Positions 50,401-64,000 of a DNA stretch of 64,000 nucleotides are shown in pieces (position 1 is the stretch's first letter; each line of letters opens with the position of its first letter). The notes under the pieces are model-generated. The model saw only the letters and a list, made by a program, of their open reading frames with translations. It was not told the DNA's origin and did not search any database. The stretch lies in NCBI GenBank assembly GCA_023213395.1, contig CM041465.1, positions 100,509,741 through 100,573,740 on the forward strand, read 5' to 3'. The translations under genes were made by a program, and so were the position numbers. The stretch is from Cycas panzhihuaensis. Taxonomy: Eukaryota > Plantae > Cycadophyta.

Positions 50401-53400
50401 CTTATTCCTCCAACCTCATTCGTTTTGCCCCTATTAGTGTAGGGAGTTATGGGTACCTCACCATGTTGAGCCATGATGAGTCCAATGGTAAGGATGAGGA
50501 CCTCCCTCATCCCATATCCCTCCTAAACATGAGTAGAAGACACTCAATTTGTTTCAGGTCCCAACCTGAAGCCTCTTCCATTGAGGAGCCTAGTCCTCCT
50601 CTCAAGTCACATATCATTACTTCCATCTTGTGTGTGCCTTCCCATCTTAGTGCATCTTCCACCTCATCACCCTCTTCGAGAAATGAGGTGAGGGAACCTC
50701 CTATCATCTATCATAGGAGATCGTGCTCTGACTCTTCCGAAGAGTCTCTTGACTATGTTGAGTGATGGGTCAACTACTATGGTCCTGCTGCTCCTACTCC
50801 TTATTCTTAGTCTTCTCCAAGTGTAACTATATATGGGATATATTTCTTTGAGAATGGCAAGGCCTTACTAGAGTATCTAGTGGGCTCCATACCCAATCTC
50901 CCTCTTGGTCACCATAAACTTAGTTACCAGAACATTTTAGCCCTTAGGTCACCCTTAGTCAACCCAAGTCTACCTTCCTCTTCTTCACCCCTTCCTATTG
51001 ACTAAGCCCCCTTTCACTTCAAGGAAGAGAATTCCATGTGCATGGAGGTAACCAAGGACATTATCCTTGCTCCCAACAAGGTCATTAAGGTAGGAGTGAA
51101 GTGCTTTCCTAAAGAAATAGAGGAATACACCCTTCTATTTCAGGAGTTCTGTGACATCTTTGCATGGGATTACACTGACATAAAGGGAATAGATCCTTTC
51201 ATTATCACCCATAACCTTACTACTATTTCGATCACTCATCCTATGCAACAAAAGCAATGCCCCCTTCATCCTAAACTTTTAGCTTCCATGAAGATGAAAG
51301 TCAAGAAACACTTAGGAGCATGATTAATCACCTCCACTGACTATCCTAAGTGGGTCTCAAATATCGTTCCTATTGCTAAAAATAATGAGATGATTAAGAT
51401 ATGCATTAATTTCCATGACATTAATAATGTGTGTCCCAAAGATGACTTTTCTCTACCTTTAATAGATCAAATCATTAATCAAACTGCTGGATTCAAGGTC
51501 ATGTCCTTGATGGATGGCTTCTCTGGGTATAACCAGATCCAGATTTCTCCCAAAGATTGTCCTAAAATGGCCTTCACCACTTATTAGGGCATCTTCGCTC
51601 ACAAAGTAATGCCCTTTAGACTAAAAAATGTAGGCACCACTTACTAAAGGGTGATGCAGTTTATCTTCCATCACCTCATAAACAGAACCCTTGAGGTTTT
51701 CATGGATGACATGATGGGTCTTTCACATAAAAGATCCCAACATCCTAGTAATTTGTATGCCATCTTGACTAGGTGTTGCAAATATCATGTGATCTTATAC
51801 CCTCTTAAATATGTATTTGCATAATAACTGGTAAACTTCTCAATTTCCTTGTTTTAAAATAAGGAATCTAGATTGATCCTGATAAAGTCAAGGCCGTCCT
51901 TGACATGCCTCCTCCCAAGACTCAATGAAAAATCAAGTCATTCTTAGGTAGATTAGGTTTTCTTAGGTGTTTCTTGGAAAACTTCCCTATAAATGCTAAA
52001 CCCCTCACAAAATTATTAAAGAAGGGGGCTCCATTTGTTTGGTTTCTAAAGGCCTAGGAAGCTTTCAAAGAGCTCAAAAGAGCCTTAGCTTCCACCCCAA
52101 TCTTGGTGCCTCCCCTCTTCGATCGACCCTTTATCCTTTATACCTTGACTACCGATGAATCCTTAGGGGCTATGCTCACCCAAGATGATGACTCAGGAAC
52201 CAGGAGGGCTATCTAATTTATTAGATGCACTTTAGTTACTACTAAGCTCAACTACTCCCTTGCTGAGAAGGAATGCCTCTTTTTGGTGTACACCATTAAG
52301 GAGTTTAGGCATTACTTACTTGGTAATACCACTCAAATGATTGTTTAATTTGATCCCTTGAGATACCTCCTAACCTGATCTGACTTGATAGGTAGGACCG
52401 ACAAGTGGGTCATCCTCCTTTAAGAATTTGATCTCCAAATCGTTAATAGAAAATTGAAGAAAGGGATGGTGGTTAACGTCACCATCCCTAACTCTTTGAA
52501 TACTCCTATTGATGATTCTTTGCCAGATGAGCCCATCTTTTCCATTCAAGACTCGTCACCCCATCCATTGACTAATAGTGAATGGTATGGGGATATTGTA
52601 TGATACCTTATTGAATAATAGTATCATCCTGATGCTAGTGATAAGGTAAGGTCATGTATTAGGGCCACTACTAGGTAGTACTTCCTCATGGAAGGGGTGT
52701 TGCACAAAAGATCCTTTGATGGGGTCCTCCTTCGCTACATCAACCTTGATGAAGTAAGCCAGATACTTTACAATTGTCACAATGGCATTTGTGAGGGCCA
52801 CTTTGGGGGCCAATCTATTGCCTAGAGGATCCTTCGCATGGGTTACTATTGGCTATCCCTCTTCAAGGATGCCCATGCCTATGCTTTGTGATACTATAGG
52901 TGTCAAGAGCATGCTAATATCATCTATTTACCTTCTAAGTCCTTACACCCCATTATCTCTCCATGGTCTTTCTCCCAATAGAGATTAGACCTCATTGGGG
53001 CCATAACCCCTCCTTCTTTGTTGTAGCACAAGTTTATCTTGACCGTGATAGAATATTTTATTAAATGGGCCAAAGTGGTCCCTTTGTCTTCCACTTCTGG
53101 TAAGACTATAACTATATTTATCTACTAAAACATTATCTGTTGATTCAAGGTCCTTGATATCTTAATCACAGATAATGAAACTCCCTTTTGTAATAAGGAA
53201 ATGGATGAGCTTTGTGGGAAGTTCAAGATATCCCATAAGACTTCCTCTCTTTATTACCCTTAGGCCAATGGCCAAATTGAGTCCTTCAATAAGAATCTCA
53301 TCAACATCCTAAAGAAAACTGTCAATCCCAAAAAGATTGACACCTTCAAGTTCCCTCTATCTTATGGGCATACTGCACTTCCATCCGCACTGCCATAAGG

Positions 53401-53823
53401 ATAACCCTATTTTCCCTCATGTATGGAACTGAGGCAGTCCTCCCTTTGGAAGTTGAAATTCCCTTCTTGCGTGTTTCCCTTCGAGGTCTTATCGATGAGG
53501 AATCCTATAACCAGGCCTACCTCCTTGACCTCGAAGCTTTAAACAATAGATATTTGATCGCATATTAAGAAAATCTCACTTATAAAGCTAGGGCATGCAG
53601 AATGTATGACAAACATCTTTGCCCTTGCCCTTTGTATCCCCAGGATGATGTCCTCAAGCTAGAATATCTCTACGATCACTTATCCAAATTCAGGCCCAAA
53701 TGGGTTGGTCCTTTCATCATTCTCGAAAGCCTCGACAATAGAACCTATAGGATTGTAACTCTAGAAGGTCTAGAGTTTGAGAAGGCCATCAATGGTAAAT
53801 TCTTGAAGAAGTTCTATGCTTGA
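46660..53823 (+). pseudogene. Decayed gag-pol of element F
   Basis: gag LMKLF..SLQGDA.KWF; RT CPKDDFSLPLIDQ, SLMDGFSGYNQI, FMDD; RNase H YSLAEKECL; integrase GHFG, ANGQIESFNK; GPY/F-like KFRPKWVGPF; stop at 53823. Confidence 0.95.
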
Positions 53824-54599
53824 CCTTCCCTAGTCCCGGGTAGATTAGGCACATCCCTTCTTCCTTTCCTACTCTGAAATGAGCCTAAACTACCATTCCA
53901 AGTGCATCCCCATTCCCTCCTAACCATAGGTAGGATGACAGCTTGGAGTGTCGTCTCATCCTTATGGTTTCACCCCTTGCACATTATCTTTTCCGTTTCC
54001 CTTCCAAGGTAAACCTTTCCTCCTATTTGGGTGTGTAAACTTCCCTAGCTCTTGATCTCAGAATTGCATCTCAACTATGGCCTCTTACTTCAATATCTAT
54101 ACTCCCTCTTTGTCATTATTTCCTTTGCATATCCTCTATACTCCTTCAACGGACATACATGGCTCTCCCTCTCCTAGCCTCATATGTGCTTATCACCTAT
54201 ACACATGGTGGTCGTGTGTGCCCATGACTAGTGTTATGCTGCATGAAGGGAAACACAAGAATCATCCACATGATTTAACAACAAATGCCATACATAACAA
54301 TTAACTAAAACCATCATAGTGCATAGTCCCTCATGCATCGTGGACCCATATCTCCATGCATCTACCTCTCCATGCATATGCATAAGTAAATAAATAAATA
54401 AACAATACAATAATACTATAAAACCATCACTATACCATCATCATGGATTAAATAGGATACCAATTGGCTCTTGTCTATATATAATGAATCATATCATATA
54501 AAGCCATATAGTACATCATCCTCAGGAAGTTGGAATTCTTAAAAGGAGGACTACAATCATGTGTCTACATATGGTGTGGCTCCTTAGAGGTCTAATGCT

Positions 54600-55850
<1,251 letters not shown>

Positions 55851-56150
55851 TGTTATGTTATCTTACTTTCTGGTATGCCATCTTATTATGTTCATGATTG
55901 TTAGAATAATCCAACTTACATAGGTGTGATAGGTGTATCCCCCTCATCCACCCTCTCTTTCATTAGATTTTAGGGTGACACATAGGCAACTGCTATGCTG
56001 CCCCTCTCTCCTCCGTGTCCACACGTTCTATTATAACACTTGCCACTCCCTTGGATGACAACACCGTTATACTTTGATGCATGATACAAACCATTATGTT
56101 GATAGCATTTGCCATCATATCACGCTTTTGAGCAGTGAGGCTCTACTACT

Positions 56151-56160
56151 AAGGGGGTAG
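56151..56160 (+). promoter_or_regulatory. PPT of element F
   Basis: AAGGGGGTAG abutting TGTTTCC. Confidence 0.85.
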
Positions 56161-59100
56161 TGTTTCCTAGCTACCAGGAATGGACATGGATGACTCATCT
56201 TAGGTAAGAATAGGTATGCCTCTATCCTCACTTTCATTGGCTTCAAGATGTTATTGGATTGATGATAGATGCACATTGCATATTGATTGAATGATTGCTT
56301 GATCATTGTCCTTGGCTTACCTGTATATTCATGTTTGCACATAATATTTCAACCTATGATGACTCTAGATACATATCCCATGGCATCTTATGACCCTCTG
56401 CCATGTCTCCATAATGTCCCCAAGCACTCTTGGCTCCCATAGCCTGTCCTTTATCACTCCTTGACATGACATGACCCCCTAGAGACCTGTTTAGGCCTAG
56501 TTGAGTCCCTTATTCATCATTTATCTCTCTTTGGGGCCTTGTTGCCACCTTTTCTCATTCATCATGGTGCCTCTAGGTCCTATAACCCCTCTTAGCACTT
56601 TGGCATTGTATTATTATCCTTTGAGGTTCTAGGGCCCCCTTCTTGTGGAGTCTTCTAGGCTTTCCCTTTTTTGTTTTCACCTAGTTATCAGTGCACTACT
56701 ACAAATTTCACGGTACCACTGTAAACTTCATCATACAATGAAGTTTTCTATGGTGTGACTGTTTGAATTTTTATTTTTTCTAGCTATAACCAACTTTGTA
56801 TTAAATACAAAATTAACATGTGGCACTAAGTTGCTTCCCACCTAAGATGAGCCTAATCGCCCGTCAGGCTAGGGTTGGGTTTAAAAACCTAAAATTTACC
56901 TCATTCCTCCTCTTCTTCCTCCTCATCTCTAAGAAAATTTTCTGAAACGAAGGTTCTCACCTATTGTACCTATCCTTAACTCCTTCCATCATCTCCCTTA
57001 GGGTAGAACCCTAAATTATAGGTTTGTAATAATGAGCTTCAGGATAGATCTCATCCACAAGCATCCCATTAAGGTACAAGCACCAGATTTGTTTGTAGTT
57101 CCTGCTCTTTCCTTGTACCATTGTATAGGTGCTTCATTAGTACTCCAAGGGGAACCTCTCTCCCAACCATTACATAAGGTAAATCTGCCTCAGATCTGCT
57201 CTTACTAGGTATTTACAGCCCTGTCTCTTACTAGGTATTTACAACCCTATACACTATTCTTTTCTTAAAGCATAAGGTATTTCTTGCTTACTTTTTTAGT
57301 TACTATGTAAAACTAGCTCCTATTTGTCCATTCTGGAAGGCAAACCCTTCCCTTTCTTAGGCTTACTCCTTTTCATCTTGAGGTTTCCTTTAGGTTCACT
57401 CAAGGATGTGGAGAGAAAAGAGTCTAGCAAAGAGAAAAAGGAGTTTTAAGTAGGGTTCTATACCCTTTTTCCATCTCCTAAAAGGAATCCCCCTACTCTT
57501 TGCTCATTTTCCTCTCCTAATACCTCTTTTGTCCACCTGAAAATCCTTGGGGTAGGGATCCTTCTTGGTTACAACATTAGTAACACCTTGCTATGCCTGC
57601 AACCAGCCATCATAGTTCCATAAAATCTAATTTTTAGTAGCATCTTATTGGTATTTACACTGTTTCAGTCTTGTCTTTTCAAAATCTTACAAAAGTTGCT
57701 AGTTGCAACTTTTACATTTCCTTGTAACTTTTTAGCATACGAAGTTTGTTGCTCTTTTACCATTGGAAAAACTTGGCTTCTATCTCATTTTCTTGCTTGA
57801 GTGCTTAGGATATGTGGAGGCATCCCATTGGAGGGTTATCCATTCTAAGGCTACCCTTCTCTTCCTTTCACCCACCTTTCCCACAACCATTGAAATATGT
57901 TATATGCATAATAAGTAAAATTAACATTATATATGGTGCTCATTTAAAGGATTTGTATAAGGTTACTCTCCCTTTCCCCTTTTCCCTTTAGATAAGCATA
58001 TACATATATGATTACTCCCATGGATGTCTAATACCACTTGGGAAATGGTAAACCATTTGTTATGCAGGTCTCACCTCTTTGGAGTAACCGAAGGCCTCCA
58101 TGAAAGGTGTGCATACCTCTCTCGTTGTTATTACATTATTTTGAAACTTTATTGTAAGCAATTCTTTCTTTTTTCCTTTGATTCCTTTTTGTATTTAGAC
58201 ATTAGGGAAGGTAAGGATACCATGCTAGTGTTCCTCTCGCAATATCGATCGTGACAAGGAGCACTGAGTGGACAAGAATGGATCGCGAAGAAAGTAAAAA
58301 GGCCTCTACATTGATTGTCTAATTTCTAGGTGCATTTCTTTCTATCCTCTCACCCATTCCTTTCCCTTCTTTACTCCAAAATAAGAAAAGGAAGAATAAA
58401 AGGAGAAAGAATTTTATGTTTTATTATTCGTTGCTTGAATTCTTTGATCATATAGGGGGAAGGGGTAATTACTTTGCACAAGTAGGTACCGATCCTCATT
58501 AGTTACATCTTTACACCCCTCTCTTGGCTCAAACTCTCGCATCCACTAGAGTCTGAGAGCAAAGGGTTATGAGTCTCTCTACTCTCAACCTATCCTCCTT
58601 CCCATGTACCATTGGGTTGACTTGCATTAGACCTAATATCCTCTTCCTATGCTTCTTGCCTGCTTGTTTCATTTTATACTCATAAAAAGGTAATGAGAGA
58701 GAGAGGTTAGGATTTAGAAAGAGAGAGAGAGTTGTTGTCTTGCTTACTTTCTTTTTTTATTCAAATATAAACCAAAAATAAAAATAGCTCATAGAACTAT
58801 CCCACCTCATAGAAGTATCCCACCTCATTGTATAATGAAAACAAAGAAACAAAACGCATTGCCTCGCCCCCTACATCTAACTATCCATTTCAGGTGTAGG
58901 CACCTTAGGGGTACTTCCCCCTTAAGGTCTTCCTTTCCCCTTTTGATAAGGCCTCACTTTGCCTTATCTCTATTTAGAAGTTGGCCTTTCTTAGCCCAAC
59001 TTCCCCTTCTTATCCACACTACCAGTTACACGTTGCTTGCTTGTAGGTGCTTCCTCTTTTGGTTAGGACCTACCTCTACCGTTCCCTCTCCTTGGGAAGG

Positions 59101-59387
59101 GTGTATCTATCTTGATCCTTCTTCCTTGGCCATCTAGGATAGTAGGGTCCCTTGAGGTTACTCAGAAAACTAAGGGGGCCTCCCATTTTTCCATCTTGAA
59201 TTGAGAAGATGCTCACCTTGAGGGGGATTTTGTATACCATTTGCGGGTCCTCAAACCTACATTTTGATGCACAGACGCCCTTTTTGGGTAATCTTTTCCC
59301 TTGATTCTATAGATCCTTTATCCCTATGACTATTAATTATATCGACTTGATCTCTTCATATCTGATGACCCCCATAGGTGTACTTTA
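56161..59387 (+). repeat. 3' LTR of element F
   Basis: Collinear with 43268-46502; ends GTGTACTTTA (CA mutated to TA). Confidence 0.92.
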
Positions 59388-59909
59388 GTAGCCAGTCAAA
59401 CTACCCCAAGTTAGGTACATCAATTACTTTTTAGTATCACAACCACTTTCATTGTGATTCCCCTTCCTGCTTGCCCCACTAAATGAAGAGGTATCATAAG
59501 TCACACAAGTCACATAAGCCTAATACTATGTATATGTATACATATATACACACACACATATATATATATATACATATATATAATATCATAATATGCATGT
59601 AGGGTAAACAATAAGCTTCTTAAGGTTCCCCAACTTATCCTCTTATCAATCTCTTAACTCAACCAAAGCCATGTCCCTTCATTAACTATAGGTTGAGCCC
59701 TCTTTTCGTGAAGGCCTTATGAATGAATTTGCCTCCTCACCCTCTAAAAGTGCCTAAATTTAATAGCACTTCTTCCCAAGACCCCACCAATCATGTTAGG
59801 GTATTTTCCATGGTGTGTATTGATTATTGAACTTATGACTATATTTTAATGAAGTTATCCCAAGGTGTCTTCAAGGGTATGCCCTAACATAGTTTCATCA
59901 CTTGCCAGT

Positions 59910-61457
59910 TGTTTCTTAGCTACTAGGAATAGATCAGGAGATAGCAACCCATAGGTAAGTGAAGGTATGTGTCTTTTCCCCTCTCATAGCTTTACAGCTA
60001 CATTATTGGATCTTAGGTGTTGGTTAAATACATGCTTGATGTTCATCTAACTAGGACTCTGGTCTAATGGCCTTAGAGCTCCTACATCATGGCCTAATAG
60101 TTAATAAGGTGGCCCTTTCATAGTCCCTACAACTTCATCCCAATTAGATTTTGGCCTATTATCACTTGTTTTGCTTCATTCTTCAATCTTGACTATATGT
60201 CATTTATCACTTACAAACTTAGGATCAATTTATAGGAGTTAAAAGTGAAAGCATGTGGTTTTATGGGTAGATTTTGATGTGCCACTACAATGCCACTCTA
60301 AATTTTACTAGTAACAATGGTACCACAGAATATTTTGTAGTACCACAAAGATATTTATGGTACCATAAAGAACTTTGTGATGTGACGGTTACAACAGTCA
60401 CTCATAACCAACAGCATTTAATTTCTATCATTAATACTCCCTTGTTAGACTTGACACCCTACGGTAGACCTAAGTGGGTGCACAATGGCCTAGGGAAGCT
60501 TTCTAATTCATCAAATTACTGATTTATTTGAATTTAGAGTGACATTTTTCAAATAAAATCGTGCTAATCCATGGTCTTTTGGGGGTGGTTTCATACATGA
60601 AACCACCACCCTATAACTTGAATTTTAGATATAAAACCTCTCAATTTTGAGGGGATTTCTCTTCTCTTCTTCTTCTTTTCTTTAAACACTTCTAGTTCTT
60701 TGGGGATTCTATGAGTCTCATACTATTAAGAGTTGGATTAATTCTTCTACTCACTTAACTCAAATTCCAACTATTATCATGCTTAGTTTGGCTATTTCCT
60801 ATGATCATTCATGGTGAAACTCAGTGGAAATCCTCATGCTTGGTTGTCATCCTTGCTAATTTTGGCTTTGTTTTCTTTCTCTTGAGCCTCTAATCCTTAA
60901 CTTACTACCATTTTTGGGCTTAATATCATTAAGAATTACAGAGTTTCACCTAGTTGAGGTTAAAACACCAAGCAATTATCATCATTCCATTGGAGTAGGA
61001 TTTCGGATGCTACATTAGCAATATTTGGAAGTTTTGAGGAGGACCTTTGGTATAGAAAACATCTCTTACACCTCTCCCTCTTGGGTAATCCCCTTTTTGG
61101 TTACATGGTGTAAGATTTCCTTGGTGCATGCACCTCCTACTTCAATCTGGGCCATGTTGCCGCATGATACAAAGGTTTTATACTATTTTCTTGATTTAGA
61201 ATATTCCTTGTAGCTGCATTTCCATTTCTCTCTTATTGATTTTGTCAAAGTTATAGGGATTGGGAGGGTTCCCCTTGGCTCAACCAAGGGAACCACCTAC
61301 ATAGGGGAGGCAAGTTCCATTCTGAGGCACTGCTCACCCCTATTCTCTACCTTTTACATTCTCCTTATATTTTTCCTGCTTAGAAAGAATGCTCATGCTT
61401 GATTTCTTGTACTTATATTCTTCTTGATTATGAGTAAAAAGTAGTTTGGTGGTGTAT
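59910..61457 (+). repeat. 5' portion of another Tat-like LTR (G)
   Basis: Starts TGTTTCTTAGCTACTAGGAATAGATCAGGAG, the family terminal motif; no PPT upstream. Confidence 0.7.
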
Positions 61458-62770
<1,313 letters not shown>

Positions 62771-64000
62771 TAGTATCATAATATACATGCAGGGTAAACA
62801 ACAAGCTTCTCAAGGTTTCCCAAGAGATATGCAATAAACTACACTTCCCAAGGTGAGTTCTACTTACATCTTGCATGTTTCTTAGTTTCTTTACCTTTCC
62901 TTTTTGTTTGTATAGTATTACTAGTTCAATTTGGGGTAGGTAAGTGGAGCCTCCTCCATGCTACAACCCTTTTACAACAAAGGCATTTTCAACCAAGGCA
63001 AAGGGAGATCAAGGAGGATTCAGGGAAGAGTCATCGCTAGCCATCATGGATTAGGTGTGTGTCCCAAAAACCTTATTTGGCTTGTAGTTGTTTCACTCTC
63101 TATTAATACTCTTACCTTTAACTTCCCTATTGTAACAAACGTTTCCACCTTTTTTGGGTTTGCTTCTATTGGTTGAATCTCAATCAAAAGAAAAGGGTAA
63201 AGATTTTTAGTGGAAATCTCTCATTACATGTGAGAAAGAGGGATATTTTTAAAGGAAAAAATACTTTTCTTTATTTATTCTTTCCATATAAAGCATATTG
63301 GGGAACATTTTGATTACATGTAGGAAAAGAGGCACCTACCCTTTATCTTCTTTGGTCTATCTTACATTTGCATTGATGTCCCTTCTCTTTAATTAGCATA
63401 TGGTTCTTTTTCTCCTTTAGGACAAGAGGGAAAATAAAGTGCAATAAGAGTGGGGTTTAATATATTTTGCACATTGTTTATTTATTACATTCCTTTATTG
63501 TTTCCTTTAACACACATGTAAATAAACCTCATTGATAAGAAAACCCTAAGTAAAACATACCATCAGATCAGAACCTAAAGATCAAATAAGGAAACAAATT
63601 AATACCCATTCCTTGTTGCTCACTAGCCTTTGCTACCATACTCTCACCCTAATAGGGGGCCTTTTCCCTCTTCTTCCAAAGAGGATAGGAGAAACCCTAG
63701 CTTGGGTGACTTAGTAATCTAAGAGGGCCAAGCCACTTATAACCCACAAATCTATATACCAACCAAATCTAAAGACTTTAGAGGCAAAGAAGGGAATGCA
63801 TGCTATGAGAGTCCTAAATCTGCACCCAAGTGATGCATGACTTTCCTTTGAGGGTAAACAAAATTCACATTGCATCTCTTTAGGTTTCTGCACCCTAAGT
63901 ATATCATTTATAGGTGCATAGTTACTTCTTGTTACCCCTATAGGCACACTTCCACTAGCAACTATACTAGAAACTCATTAGTAAGGACACCCTTAGGTTT
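62771..64000 (-). repeat. Probable Tat-like LTR fragment in reverse orientation
   Basis: Reverse-complement motifs CCTTGGGAAGTGT and CACCCA..GCTAGGGTT resemble the LTRs of D and F. Confidence 0.4.

Noticed and set aside
50420-50470. G-patch domain or Ogre-type intron between protease and RT
   Set aside because: SYGYL.ML is conserved but lacks the G-patch glycine pattern, and no convincing conserved splice sites were found
59362-59368. CTGATGA hammerhead ribozyme core (retrozyme idea)
   Set aside because: Not conserved in the 5' LTR (CTGGTGC) and no matching GAAA or stems

Overview
Plant-type heterochromatic or intergenic window made almost entirely of nested, mostly decayed LTR retrotransposons and long (TA)n tracts; no intact host gene was found. 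Contents in order: (1) a Tat/Ogre-like Ty3/gypsy element (<1-~6300) whose RT-RH-INT block is deleted; (2) a Tork/Tnt1-like Ty1/copia element (~6400-16490) split in gag by (3) a younger minus-strand non-autonomous copia element (7042-12450, perfect AGCAA TSD); (4) a chromovirus integrase-chromodomain-3' LTR fragment; (5) a minus-strand Tat-like element (~25975-41039) lacking RT/INT but carrying an antisense PMD gene and a 1.9-kb tandem duplication; (6) a full-length 16.1-kb Tat-like element (43268-59387) inserted into another Tat-like remnant; (7) further LTR pieces. The most unusual object is element (3). Its LTRs contain stacked copies of LTR-end plus tRNA-Met primer-binding site, its ~3.7-kb leader carries an antisense fragment of the host gene TIM10, and its only ORF is an open, miniaturised gag/RT/RNase-H mosaic. 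All alignments and identity values were read by eye and are approximate.
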